A DNA stretch of 64,000 nucleotides, taken from a virus. Position 1 is the first letter of the stretch. Every line of letters begins with the position of its first letter. This document shows positions 1 through 8,520 of the stretch, piece by piece. The stretch is taken from IMG/VR virus record IMGVR_UViG_3300021376_000010; one strand, written 5' to 3'. The position numbers and the translations under genes were made by a program. Under the pieces are notes generated by a model. That model did no database searches and was not told the DNA's origin. It saw only the letters and a list, made by a program, of their open reading frames with translations.

Positions 1-463
1 CAAAGTCCTTGAAGTAATCGTGCCCAATATTATTATCGAAAGAAACTGCTAAAGCATCTGAAAGAATGCTTGGGATTGCATCTCTATTTTTCTTTTCATC
101 TTGACCATCAGCAATCTTAATAGATTCCATCAGTGCAAGGTATATAGCACGGTCTCTACACCACTTCTCAGTGGTATCTACTAACCACTTATAATCAACA
201 TCATTATTATCCAATCTGGACACATAATTACAAATGGTTTTATATGTGTCCTCAGTAATATCAGTCCTTTTTTCAGTTTCAATAAGGAGAACTTCTTTGG
301 TTGCAAGTTTTTCGTAAGCAACAATAAACTTACAAATCTCCTCAAAAACTACTTTCTCATGTAGATTTTCAAAGTATTCATTTTTAATAAAAGGAAGAAC
401 TTTTCTACAATAATCATTATTGAAGAGAAGATTCCTGAGAATAGTAGTTTCGACTTTTTCCAT
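1..463 (-). CDS. g41: Replicative DNA helicase gp41, N-terminal part (runs off the window)
   Basis: Manual translation from ATG at 463: [31 protein letters not shown]...EKWCRDRAIYLALMESIKIADG...AIPSILSDALAVSFDNNIGHDY, typical of T4-like gp41. The ATG overlaps the uvsX stop. Not in the ORF track. Confidence 0.93.
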   Translation of the reverse strand, partial: MEKVETTILRNLLFNNDYCRKVLPFIKNEYFENLHEKVVFEEICKFIVAYEKLATKEVLLIETEKRTDITEDTYKTICNYVSRLDNNDVDYKWLVDTTEKWCRDRAIYLALMESIKIADGQDEKKNRDAIPSILSDALAVSFDNNIGHDYFKDF

Positions 464-1470
464 TACCCTCCGTATGAGAATTCTTTTTGTGCTGCTTCAT
501 CCAATGCTTGCATTACATCTCCAGTAAAATACTTTTCTGGATTGTCCATAATAGTCTTTCCATATTGAGAAGTTCCATCAGGGACTTGATACCTTGTACC
601 ACTTTTTTCAAAAATACCATACTTCTCAGCAAGGTCAAGTAAACCATAATACTTATCAAGACCCCGTTCATCATAGTATAAACGAACCTCAACAGTTTTA
701 TTTTCTTTACTTAGACGAGACTTATGAGTTGTTGCTTTGATGATATTACCAACAACTTCTGTTCCATCTTTTTCTTTTTTCTTGGAAAGATAGATGATTG
801 TAGATGCAGCATATTTGAGTCCAGAACCACCACTCATTTCTTTAGTTGGAACATAGGAACCAACTACATCATAGGTATGATTAGTGACAATCATTGGGAT
901 TTTTGCTTGTCCTAATTTCAAGGTTAACATTCGAAATGCACCTTTAACAAGTTGCGATTTAGTCATATCACGAACTTGCTTTTCTGCTAGAGCATCATCA
1001 ATTTCTTTTTCAGTAGAAAGCATACCCAAAGAGTCTAGCACAAACATGCAAGGTTTACGTTCTGCTTCTTTTTTCTTCAGATACAAATCAACTGCTTTGA
1101 GTGCCTTTGAACGAAACTCTTCTATGGTGACAACATTAACCACGACAAGACGGGATGTGTCGATGCCCCTTGACTCCAGAAGTGACTTTGTAATGGCAGC
1201 CTCAGTATCAAAGTAGAGACAATAACCATCGGGATTATTATCAAGAAAATTCTTAACAACAGCGAGACTGAAGAAAGTCTTTCCAGTAGAAGACTCTCCA
1301 GCAATAGCAGTAATCTTATTGCCAGATACACCACCAAGTACACTACCTGAAACCAGTGCATTAAAAATAAACGAACCCGTGTCAACATAAGTCTCAGTCT
1401 CATCAATATCAGAAGCAAGTTGTGTATACTCACCACCAATTTCTTTTACAATATCTTTAAGGAAATCCAT
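463..1470 (-). CDS. uvsX: RecA-like recombinase UvsX
   Basis: Walker [32 protein letters not shown]; lies between g43 and g41. Confidence 0.96.
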   Translation of the reverse strand: MDFLKDIVKEIGGEYTQLASDIDETETYVDTGSFIFNALVSGSVLGGVSGNKITAIAGESSTGKTFFSLAVVKNFLDNNPDGYCLYFDTEAAITKSLLESRGIDTSRLVVVNVVTIEEFRSKALKAVDLYLKKKEAERKPCMFVLDSLGMLSTEKEIDDALAEKQVRDMTKSQLVKGAFRMLTLKLGQAKIPMIVTNHTYDVVGSYVPTKEMSGGSGLKYAASTIIYLSKKKEKDGTEVVGNIIKATTHKSRLSKENKTVEVRLYYDERGLDKYYGLLDLAEKYGIFEKSGTRYQVPDGTSQYGKTIMDNPEKYFTGDVMQALDEAAQKEFSYGG

Positions 1471-1634
1471 TATGCTACCATCCCGTAATCTTCACGAAGT
1501 ATTTTTTTGTAAGGAAGTCCCTGTTTTTTCAGTTCCTTCACAAGTTTAAGTTTTTGATACAAAGCAGTGTCTCCTCCAAGAGACATTGCTTTTACAATCG
1601 TATCAAGTTCTTTATCGTTAATAGGTAAATCCAT
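1470..1634 (-). CDS. Small conserved cyanophage hypothetical protein ([17 protein letters not shown]...)
   Basis: ATG at 1634 forms an ATGA overlap with the g43 stop. The 5' extension to 1679 in the ORF track lies inside g43. Confidence 0.7.
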   Translation of the reverse strand: MDLPINDKELDTIVKAMSLGGDTALYQKLKLVKELKKQGLPYKKILREDYGMVA

Positions 1635-4126
1635 CAGGCAAAAAATGATTCTAAGGTAATTGTTTTTTCTACTTTCCATCCGATAGCATCAAGAATAACC
1701 TTCATTGGTTCCAAGAATGCTTTGTTAAATTGTAGTTCATAATCAATGTATTTGTCCAGACCGAGTTCCTTTGGAAATTCTTGAATATAAGAAATCACGT
1801 TTTCTCGAATTGGATTGGGAAGTTTTAAATAGCAAAATTTAATTTTTTCACCATTCTGAATTACTGCATATTTTTTATCCAGTTTTTTCTCCCGAATCAA
1901 ATGATTATAAAGAAGAGCACCACGAACATGAATTGGAGTTCCCTTTCCATAAATTGTTGCGTGTGCTTTATGTTTGACTACATCAGAAACAGTTCTAGGG
2001 AATGAAATTTGCTCCACAGAAAGATTAGTAAACTCTTTACGAGTCTGTTCGATATAATCAATCATATCATCTTCAGTTTTAGTCATAATGATTTTCAGAG
2101 CATCCTTAATCATCTGACGACAAGGAGCAGGAGTAGAAGACTTAACCGCTTCTAGTCCCATAATCTTAAGTTTTGGTTGTTCATATCGAACACCTTCACT
2201 ATCCCAAACGTTAAGAATGTATCTTTTCTTGGCAGTCCAGATTCCACGGTCAGCAATATTTTCCCGTTTCATCTGCATCTTTTGGTCATATGCATTCACG
2301 TATTCCGCCAATTCTTGATAAGAACTTTCAATATAAGGTTCAAATTCCATCTTACACAACTTGTCAAGGAACGAAACAACTTTCTCACGAGTCGTCTCTC
2401 TTCCCTTGTATACACCTTCAACCACAGGACCCATATTAAGATAAATGGAATCAGTATCAGAAGCAATGACATAATCAAAATCTTGTGTTTTTAATATCTT
2501 ATTTAGATACTGATTCATTTTCCTTTCAATCCATCGGATTGAAACTTGACCACTTAATGTAATTGCCTCAGCATTTGCCAGTTTATAATACCTAAAGTAT
2601 TGATTTCCAATGGCACCATAAGCAGAGTTCAGAGAAATCTTCTTTGCCATTTGGATATTATTACAACGAGCAATCTCCTTCTCCAACTCTTTGGTAGGAG
2701 TCTTTTCATATGCTTTCTTTGCCTCAATCATCTTCTTTTTGAAGATAACTCGGTCATTATACATTTTCTCCATTAACTCTGGGAGAAATCCCTTTATATC
2801 TTTCCTGTACTGTGCTCCATTAGCACAAACAGAATATTCACCATCAATTGTTATTTGTTTTGCAAGTAACCGTTCAACTGAAGCTGATGGATGCCTTGTC
2901 TCAACGAGTGTTTCTGGTGAGATGTTGTACTGCATAATAAGATGGGGATACAGGCTATTAAGGTCAAAACTAACCACCCAATCATAAATCCCAGGAATCG
3001 GTTCCTTGACATATGCCCCTGCAAATTTATCATCCTTAGATGATTTATCTTTTGGGGGAATAACGATGTTACGTTTCTTAAGGTAGTTGTAAATAATCGC
3101 ATCCCAAGTTCTTACTTGAAAGAATACATCATTATAATTAACCTTGGCATCATATGCCATCGTTAAGCATAACTCAATGAGTTTCATCTTGTCTTCCAGT
3201 TGGTCAACAAGTTCAACGTCTTTGATGTTATAATCAACAAATTTTTGCCAATTCTTAGTATAGAACTCTCGGAAAGTATCAAACTCAGAGTGGTCTAGTT
3301 TTTTCTGACCAAGTTCAACATTTGCAATATGGTCCAAACGATAAGATTCTTGATTGGTGTACGTGAATTTCTTATATAAATCAAGATAGTCAATCACAGA
3401 AACACCTGCAATTTCATAAGAAACCTGCTCTCTCCCTTGTATTACAAGTTCTTTTCTGCGAATATTACCCCAGGGAGAAAGACGACGTGCTTCTTTTTCA
3501 CCGAGAATACGTTCAATGCGACCTGCGATATAGGGAATATCATACAACTCACAATTCCATCCTGTAATGGCATCTGGAGTATTTTGTTCCCAAAATGCAA
3601 GGAAACGATTAATCAAATCAATTTCATCAAAACACTTAACATAAGCAACATCATTACGAGTATTATTATATTCTCGACTATTTGCAAAACAAACAATTTG
3701 CTTTGTTGAGTAATTTTGAAGGGTAATAGTCAGAATTTCTTCTGCACAATCAAATACATTTGGGAATCCACCTTCGGCAGCAACCTCAATGTCAATTGTT
3801 ACAAGACGGATTTTTGAGATGTCAAACTTAATTTCATCTTCAGGATACTTATCTGAGATGTACTGTGCCTTGTAATTATCATTACCATAGACAACAAACC
3901 CATCAACCTTAGAATACTTGTCAAGAAATTCTCTACAGTCAGAAATCTTTCCAGGTTGAATGAGTTCTACTGCATAACCATCTAGAGTTTTATATTTTGT
4001 TTTTTTCTTTGAAGGAACAAAAAGAGTTGGTTGATACTCTTCTTCTATTTGAAAATACTCACCATTGTCATATCCACGGACCAAAATTTTATTAAATTTT
4101 TCATAGACATTGGTGTAAAATCTCAT
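1634..4126 (-). CDS. g43: Family B DNA polymerase gp43
   Basis: Exonuclease motif DIE; polymerase motifs SFDLNSLYPH, KISLNSAYG, ASDTDS; C-terminal clamp-binding TLESFF. No intein or intron seen. Confidence 0.98.
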   Translation of the reverse strand: MRFYTNVYEKFNKILVRGYDNGEYFQIEEEYQPTLFVPSKKKTKYKTLDGYAVELIQPGKISDCREFLDKYSKVDGFVVYGNDNYKAQYISDKYPEDEIKFDISKIRLVTIDIEVAAEGGFPNVFDCAEEILTITLQNYSTKQIVCFANSREYNNTRNDVAYVKCFDEIDLINRFLAFWEQNTPDAITGWNCELYDIPYIAGRIERILGEKEARRLSPWGNIRRKELVIQGREQVSYEIAGVSVIDYLDLYKKFTYTNQESYRLDHIANVELGQKKLDHSEFDTFREFYTKNWQKFVDYNIKDVELVDQLEDKMKLIELCLTMAYDAKVNYNDVFFQVRTWDAIIYNYLKKRNIVIPPKDKSSKDDKFAGAYVKEPIPGIYDWVVSFDLNSLYPHLIMQYNISPETLVETRHPSASVERLLAKQITIDGEYSVCANGAQYRKDIKGFLPELMEKMYNDRVIFKKKMIEAKKAYEKTPTKELEKEIARCNNIQMAKKISLNSAYGAIGNQYFRYYKLANAEAITLSGQVSIRWIERKMNQYLNKILKTQDFDYVIASDTDSIYLNMGPVVEGVYKGRETTREKVVSFLDKLCKMEFEPYIESSYQELAEYVNAYDQKMQMKRENIADRGIWTAKKRYILNVWDSEGVRYEQPKLKIMGLEAVKSSTPAPCRQMIKDALKIIMTKTEDDMIDYIEQTRKEFTNLSVEQISFPRTVSDVVKHKAHATIYGKGTPIHVRGALLYNHLIREKKLDKKYAVIQNGEKIKFCYLKLPNPIRENVISYIQEFPKELGLDKYIDYELQFNKAFLEPMKVILDAIGWKVEKTITLESFFA

Positions 4127-4386
4127 CGTGTAAGTTCTAGATATTTGTCTATCAAGGTTTTGTTTGGTTCAACAATCGTCAGAATTTTTTCTGAACTAAT
4201 CATCATCTCATTAACATCTGTATATTTTTCTATCCATGAAGATAGTTCATTCTCACCAGAAACTAAAAAGGGATTCGTTAGCTTACAATTTGGTTCACCA
4301 AAATCAACTACAAGTTCTTCTATTTCAGATATCAGGAATGTATTGTTCATTAATAGAATCAACATTATCGTTTTGTTCGTTTCCAT
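4123..4386 (-). CDS. Conserved cyanophage hypothetical protein (Sm-like fold predicted)
   Basis: 87 aa with GEPNCKLTNPF and ILTIVEP motifs; paralogous pattern with the upstream ORF; ATGA-coupled to g43. Confidence 0.7.
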   Translation of the reverse strand: METNKTIMLILLMNNTFLISEIEELVVDFGEPNCKLTNPFLVSGENELSSWIEKYTDVNEMMISSEKILTIVEPNKTLIDKYLELTR

Positions 4387-4678
4387 TCATTCTCTCCTCA
4401 TAAGATTTTTTTACCATCTCCACTGGTTCAACAATAGTCACAATCCAATCTTTTTTTATTGGTATGTTTTTATCAAATGACAAAGGCATCCAGGGATAAA
4501 AAGCAATTTTATATTCATGCTCTTTTTCACTTTCAAGCAGTACTTGAGGTGAAATCAATTTAACAACTACTGGGTTTGAAAAGATTAATGATACTACGTT
4601 TCCGTCATCATCAACCAATTCTTTAATGTCTGCTACAACATCTTCCCCAGATTTAAGTACAGCAAGTTTAACAGTCAT
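4325..4678 (-). CDS. Conserved cyanophage hypothetical protein (Sm-like fold predicted)
   Basis: LKSGEDVVADIKE...PWMPLS...DWIVTIVEP. GAGG RBS and a consensus sigma70 promoter upstream. Confidence 0.75.
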   Translation of the reverse strand: MTVKLAVLKSGEDVVADIKELVDDDGNVVSLIFSNPVVVKLISPQVLLESEKEHEYKIAFYPWMPLSFDKNIPIKKDWIVTIVEPVEMVKKSYEERMNGNEQNDNVDSINEQYIPDI

Positions 4679-4699
4679 GTTTTTTATTTACCTCAAAAA

Positions 4700-4728
4700 A
4701 TTATAGCAACAAAAAAGAGAGGTGTCAA
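4700..4728 (-). promoter_or_regulatory. Consensus sigma70-type (early/middle) promoter for the g43 operon
   Basis: TTGACA (4728-4723), 17-nt spacer, TGcTATAAT (-10 at 4705-4700). Confidence 0.85.
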
Positions 4729-4753
4729 CTGGAAGTTGCCAGTTACCTCTCTT
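4711..4753 (-). terminator. Intrinsic terminator downstream of hsp20
   Basis: AAGAGAGGT-AACTGG-caactt-CCAGTT-gac-ACCTCTCTT followed by a T run. Confidence 0.8.
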
Positions 4754-4778
4754 AAAATGCGCCGACGATATTCCGTTC

Positions 4779-4786
4779 TATTTATA
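4779..4786 (-). promoter_or_regulatory. T4-type late promoter overlapping the hsp20 stop codon
   Basis: Perfect TATAAATA. Confidence 0.65.
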
Positions 4787-5216
4787 GATAATCCTTTCTC
4801 TTATGATACTCTGGAACAATCCTGCCCAAAGTAACAGTGAGAAGTCCATCCTCAAACTCCACTGCTCGCACTTCTGTATCATCCGAGAGTGTCCAGACTC
4901 TTGTAAAACTTCTTTGTGCTAGACCTTTGTGAAGATAGTTTGATTCTGTCTCTTTATCTTCTTTTTGTCCCTCTACAAAGAGTTTGCCATCTTGTGTATA
5001 GACAAAGACCTCTTTCTTTCTAAATCCTGCGAGAGCAATCTCAAGTCGTGATTCTACATTACTGACTTGGACTAAATTATACGGGGGATAGTTGGAAGTC
5101 GTTTCGTGTAGGTGAAAGAGACGGTCAAAGTATTCATCCATTCCGATAGAGTTGCGAGTAATCTTTTCCATCAGTGCAGGAAGATCCGCAGCAGTATACC
5201 TTGTTAGGTTAGTCAT
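4782..5216 (-). CDS. hsp20: Small heat-shock protein Hsp20 (IbpA-like)
   Basis: NYPPYNL, LEIALAGF, YLHKGLAQRSF, FEDGLL. Start moved to ATG 5216, which follows an AAGGAG RBS. Confidence 0.95.
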   Translation of the reverse strand: MTNLTRYTAADLPALMEKITRNSIGMDEYFDRLFHLHETTSNYPPYNLVQVSNVESRLEIALAGFRKKEVFVYTQDGKLFVEGQKEDKETESNYLHKGLAQRSFTRVWTLSDDTEVRAVEFEDGLLTVTLGRIVPEYHKRKDYL

Positions 5217-5224
5217 TATAGTAG

Positions 5225-5269
5225 CTCCTTTAAAAGCGAGTTTGTGTTTTGTGGACCCCGAAGGCATCC
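5225..5269 (-). promoter_or_regulatory. Structured hsp20 5' leader (cUUCGg hairpin plus ROSE-like anti-SD hairpin)
   Basis: GGAUGCC-UUCG-GGGUCC hairpin at 5269-5253. CUCGCUU-UUA-AAGGAG at 5240-5225 can pair over the SD with a bulged G. Confidence 0.5.
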
Positions 5270-5293
5270 TAAAAATATATAGCAGAAATCAAT

Positions 5294-5318
5294 AAAAAAG
5301 AGAGGTTCGGACCTCCCT
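5294..5318 (-). terminator. Intrinsic terminator downstream of regA
   Basis: AGGGAGGT-ccga-ACCTCTCT followed by TTTTT. Confidence 0.8.
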
Positions 5319-5324
5319 AAAAAA

Positions 5325-5768
5325 TCATTCGGTTTCTTCTTCACCTCTTTTTTTCTTAGCACCAATATTGTATTTTGTTTCCAAAATCCAATCACCTTTG
5401 TCTTTGAAAGATAAAACTTTAATTTGATTCAAAGGTGCAATATCAGAAATTTTATTCAAATCTACTACAGTAATCAGACCCCAATCAGCAAGTAGATGAG
5501 TGATTCTATTACGACGTTGTACATCATTAACAGTTAAGTTTGCTGGTTTTCCATCCAAAGCAAACAACTCTTTAAAATGCACAAGATAATACTTACCCTG
5601 CTTATGCAGAATATGGCAAGATTGATAGATTTTCTTTTCCTTTCTTGAAGCAACTCCGATACGGGTCAAAGTCTCACGAACTTTAAGAAAGTCATCTGGT
5701 TCATTCAGAATAACTTCCACCATTTGGTCAGGAGTCCATTTCACTTCAGGTTCTTGAACGACGCTCAT
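5325..5768 (-). CDS. regA: Translational repressor RegA
   Basis: DDFLKVRETLTRIGVAS, QSCHILHKQGKYYLVHFKELFALDG. Confidence 0.96.
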   Translation of the reverse strand: MSVVQEPEVKWTPDQMVEVILNEPDDFLKVRETLTRIGVASRKEKKIYQSCHILHKQGKYYLVHFKELFALDGKPANLTVNDVQRRNRITHLLADWGLITVVDLNKISDIAPLNQIKVLSFKDKGDWILETKYNIGAKKKRGEEETE

Positions 5769-6151
5769 TTTGTTCCTCCAATATCAAGTTTTTGTTTAAT
5801 AAAATTAATTTGTTCTTTACTAAGAATTTTCAAAGCCTGTTCTGCCTTTTCATTACTATATCCATAGTAAGATTTGACGTAATCAATATCTTTGATTTTT
5901 TCTTTTTTGACCCAAGGAGAAAATCTCTTCTTGATTCTGATTATATTTATAAAAAAGTCATACTGAAGTTTTTTATCCAGATGATTATACAAATTCATTT
6001 CATTGGCATACATAATGCAATCAATGTGTCCAGATAGACAACGGTTAATAATATAAGGAGGATATTCTTTTTCAGATAAAGGATTTTCATCCATTATATT
6101 ATCTTTTGTTTGATTAATTGTGTTTAACCAATCCTTCAACTCTGTGCTCAT
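5765..6151 (-). CDS. g62: Clamp loader small subunit gp62
   Basis: YPPYIINRCLS, LQYDFFIN, KSYYGYSNEKA; lies between g44 and regA. Confidence 0.93.
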   Translation of the reverse strand: MSTELKDWLNTINQTKDNIMDENPLSEKEYPPYIINRCLSGHIDCIMYANEMNLYNHLDKKLQYDFFINIIRIKKRFSPWVKKEKIKDIDYVKSYYGYSNEKAEQALKILSKEQINFIKQKLDIGGTK

Positions 6152-7092
6152 TTAAATTTGCACTCCACCATAATTTCAGTCAAAGCAGCAAGAAGATTTA
6201 TTTCTTGATCTGCCACAAATGCTGCCTGATACTGATACTTAGCAACAATGAGAACAGCAGCAGCAATAGAAGGACCATCAAGGGTTTCATAACAAGCATC
6301 GTAAACACGACGCAGAAGTACACCAGAATCATTGTCCAGATTACTGACGACCCACTTACGTACTTCAGGAAAGTTTTTTTCTTTAAGATTTCTAATAAGT
6401 TCATCAGTTTTTACTTCCGAAAAAGTAGAAAGAATACCCGAATCAATTTCTCCACTAACTGAGTATCTTTGACATTCGTTAAGGACTCGTCTCCAGTCTG
6501 GAAAGTACTTATTGATAAGTTCTGCAAGTACTTTTTCTTGGTATTTGATTCCTTCATCATCCAAGACTTGTTGCAATCTTCGAAAGAATTGACCTGCAAT
6601 TTGTGGTTTTTGTTTCCCTTGTATTGAAAACTCGACGACTGCACATCGGGAATGAAGTGGTTCAATAATTTTGTTTTTATAGTTACAGGTGAAGATGAAC
6701 CGACAATTGCCACTAAATTCCTCAGTAAACGCCCGTAGGAGGAGTTGTACATCGTTGGTTGTGTTATCTGCCTCATCAATGATGATGACTTTGTGTTTAG
6801 CAGTTGACGAAAGTGAGACGGTCGAAGCGAAGTTCTTCGCATTGTTTCTGACAGTATCGAGGAATCTACCCTCATCGGATCCATTAATGACATAAAAATC
6901 TACTCCAAGTTCATTACAGAGTGCCTTAGCAACTGTAGTCTTGCCACATCCAGCAGGTCCAGCAAGAAGTAAATTGGGCACTTCACCTTTATTTAGAAAA
7001 TCTCTAAATGTTTTCTTATTATTCTCTGGAAGAATACAATCTTCAATCGTTTTGGGTCGATATTTTTCGACCCACAAAAAATCATTTCTCAT
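6148..7092 (-). CDS. g44: Clamp loader large subunit gp44 (AAA+)
   Basis: LWVEKYRP, GPAGCGKTT, IIIDEAD, SRC. Likely ATG at 7092. Confidence 0.96.
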   Translation of the reverse strand: MRNDFLWVEKYRPKTIEDCILPENNKKTFRDFLNKGEVPNLLLAGPAGCGKTTVAKALCNELGVDFYVINGSDEGRFLDTVRNNAKNFASTVSLSSTAKHKVIIIDEADNTTNDVQLLLRAFTEEFSGNCRFIFTCNYKNKIIEPLHSRCAVVEFSIQGKQKPQIAGQFFRRLQQVLDDEGIKYQEKVLAELINKYFPDWRRVLNECQRYSVSGEIDSGILSTFSEVKTDELIRNLKEKNFPEVRKWVVSNLDNDSGVLLRRVYDACYETLDGPSIAAAVLIVAKYQYQAAFVADQEINLLAALTEIMVECKFK

Positions 7093-7094
7093 AA

Positions 7095-7241
7095 TCAAAT
7101 AGGTTGAGGACCACCAATAATATTTGCAGATGGAATCTGTGCTTGAGCAATTCTTTTTGCTTGAGACTGACTATCTGCGTCAACAATGACTTCCAAATAA
7201 CGATTATCACCTGGAAGTTTATATTTTACTCTATATTTCAT
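7095..7241 (-). CDS. 48-aa hypothetical protein inserted between g45 and g44
   Basis: MKYRVKYKLPGDNRYLEVIVDADSQSQAKRIAQAQIPSANIIGGPQPI*. ATGA overlap with the g45 stop; fills the gap exactly. Below the ORF-track cut-off. Confidence 0.7.
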   Translation of the reverse strand: MKYRVKYKLPGDNRYLEVIVDADSQSQAKRIAQAQIPSANIIGGPQPI

Positions 7242-7903
7242 CCAAAAGAAGAATCTGGTTCCAGTGCAATGTAATAATTCAGATTATATCTTTCATTGCT
7301 AAACTTAGACAATAGTTTCTTAGAAACAACTACATCATAAGTTCCTGGAATGATTTTGATGTTTTCTACTTTAAAGTTAAAAACAAACTCATTAGTAGTT
7401 TCTCCAACGTCAATAGAAAACTCATTTGACGTGTCGTTTTTCTTGTCACGAACAACAAGACGAATTACTCCGTTTTCACCAACAGCAGATAGGTCAGGAA
7501 GTTGATAAACTGCAGATGCTTTAATGAGTTTATCAAGTTGTGAATGCTCCAATTGGAAACAAACATCTTGAGAAGGAAGTTTAAGTTCTTTTTCTGGAGG
7601 TGTGACAATCACCTCAGGGTCAGCAAAGAAGTATTTTACCTTTCTCTTACCTTCACTAATTACAATATAAGATTCATTAGTAAAATTCAAATCTGGGTCT
7701 TGGTGAAGACTGAGACCATTCAGAAATTGATTAAGGTCATAAATGGCAAAGTCTTTGGTGAATTGTTCCTTGACATCTGCCTCTGCTAGAATATTTTTCA
7801 TAACAGAAATAGTTCTAAGTTTAGAACCAGATTTAACCAAAATAGATTGATTAATTGAAGCAAAGTTCTTTAGTACAGTAATCGTTTCAGCAGAAAGTTT
7901 CAT
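7238..7903 (-). CDS. g45: Sliding clamp gp45
   Basis: MKLSAETITVLKNFASINQSI, FAIYDLNQFL, YYIALE. Likely ATG at 7903. Confidence 0.95.
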   Translation of the reverse strand: MKLSAETITVLKNFASINQSILVKSGSKLRTISVMKNILAEADVKEQFTKDFAIYDLNQFLNGLSLHQDPDLNFTNESYIVISEGKRKVKYFFADPEVIVTPPEKELKLPSQDVCFQLEHSQLDKLIKASAVYQLPDLSAVGENGVIRLVVRDKKNDTSNEFSIDVGETTNEFVFNFKVENIKIIPGTYDVVVSKKLLSKFSNERYNLNYYIALEPDSSFG

Positions 7904-7917
7904 ATCAGAATTTAATC

Positions 7918-8469
7918 TCACTTGTTTTCAATAAGGTTCAGATGATTAATCAAAAGAATAGTATAGTGCAGAACTTTAAACAAGTCTTGCCTTGGGGTTC
8001 CTTTAGTATCATAACGGTCAATATATTTTGTTACATTGCCAGCACAAAATCCTTCACGTCGATTGTGCTTGATTTTATCTAGTGTTTGCTCCGTTCCATT
8101 TCCAGTCCTATCAACATAGTGTTGTCCATATGTTCCTTTAATGTATTCTTCCAACTGCTTCAGAATTTTATCTTCATTGTATTTCCAAAAACCATTATTA
8201 TTTTCTTTATTCATATTTTGATTAGTTGTAAAAGAAATTGTATCAGGGGAATAAGCACCTGGATTTCCAGTAAGACTAAATCCATCTTCATACCAGAATG
8301 CTTGACTAGGATGATCTGCTGGATAGATTGTATCACCACCACTTGCACCAACTACCGTATCACCACTAAAGGTAAATACATCATTAGCACCTGGTGGTGT
8401 ATTTACCTCGTTTTGGGCAGGAAGATTGTCGGTTTTGATTGTAAATGTAGTAAAATTACTGCTGTCCAT
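7918..8469 (-). CDS. DUF3310-like protein with N-terminal extension
   Basis: C-terminal HY...GFCAGNVTKYIDRY..K...DLFKVLHY pattern; usual position upstream of g45. Confidence 0.65.
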   Translation of the reverse strand: MDSSNFTTFTIKTDNLPAQNEVNTPPGANDVFTFSGDTVVGASGGDTIYPADHPSQAFWYEDGFSLTGNPGAYSPDTISFTTNQNMNKENNNGFWKYNEDKILKQLEEYIKGTYGQHYVDRTGNGTEQTLDKIKHNRREGFCAGNVTKYIDRYDTKGTPRQDLFKVLHYTILLINHLNLIENK

Positions 8470-8492
8470 AATAAAAATTTTGTCTCCATATC

Positions 8493-8520
8493 AGTATACC
8501 AGATTGAAAAAATTAGTCAA
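8493..8520 (-). promoter_or_regulatory. sigma70-type promoter for the DUF3310-g45-g44-g62-regA operon
   Basis: TTGACT, 16-nt spacer, TGgTATACT. Confidence 0.6.

Noticed and set aside
4325-4386. Programmed frameshift fusing the two overlapping ORFs upstream of g43
   Set aside because: Each ORF looks like a complete small domain with its own ATG (GAGGAG precedes 4386). A simple overlap is sufficient.
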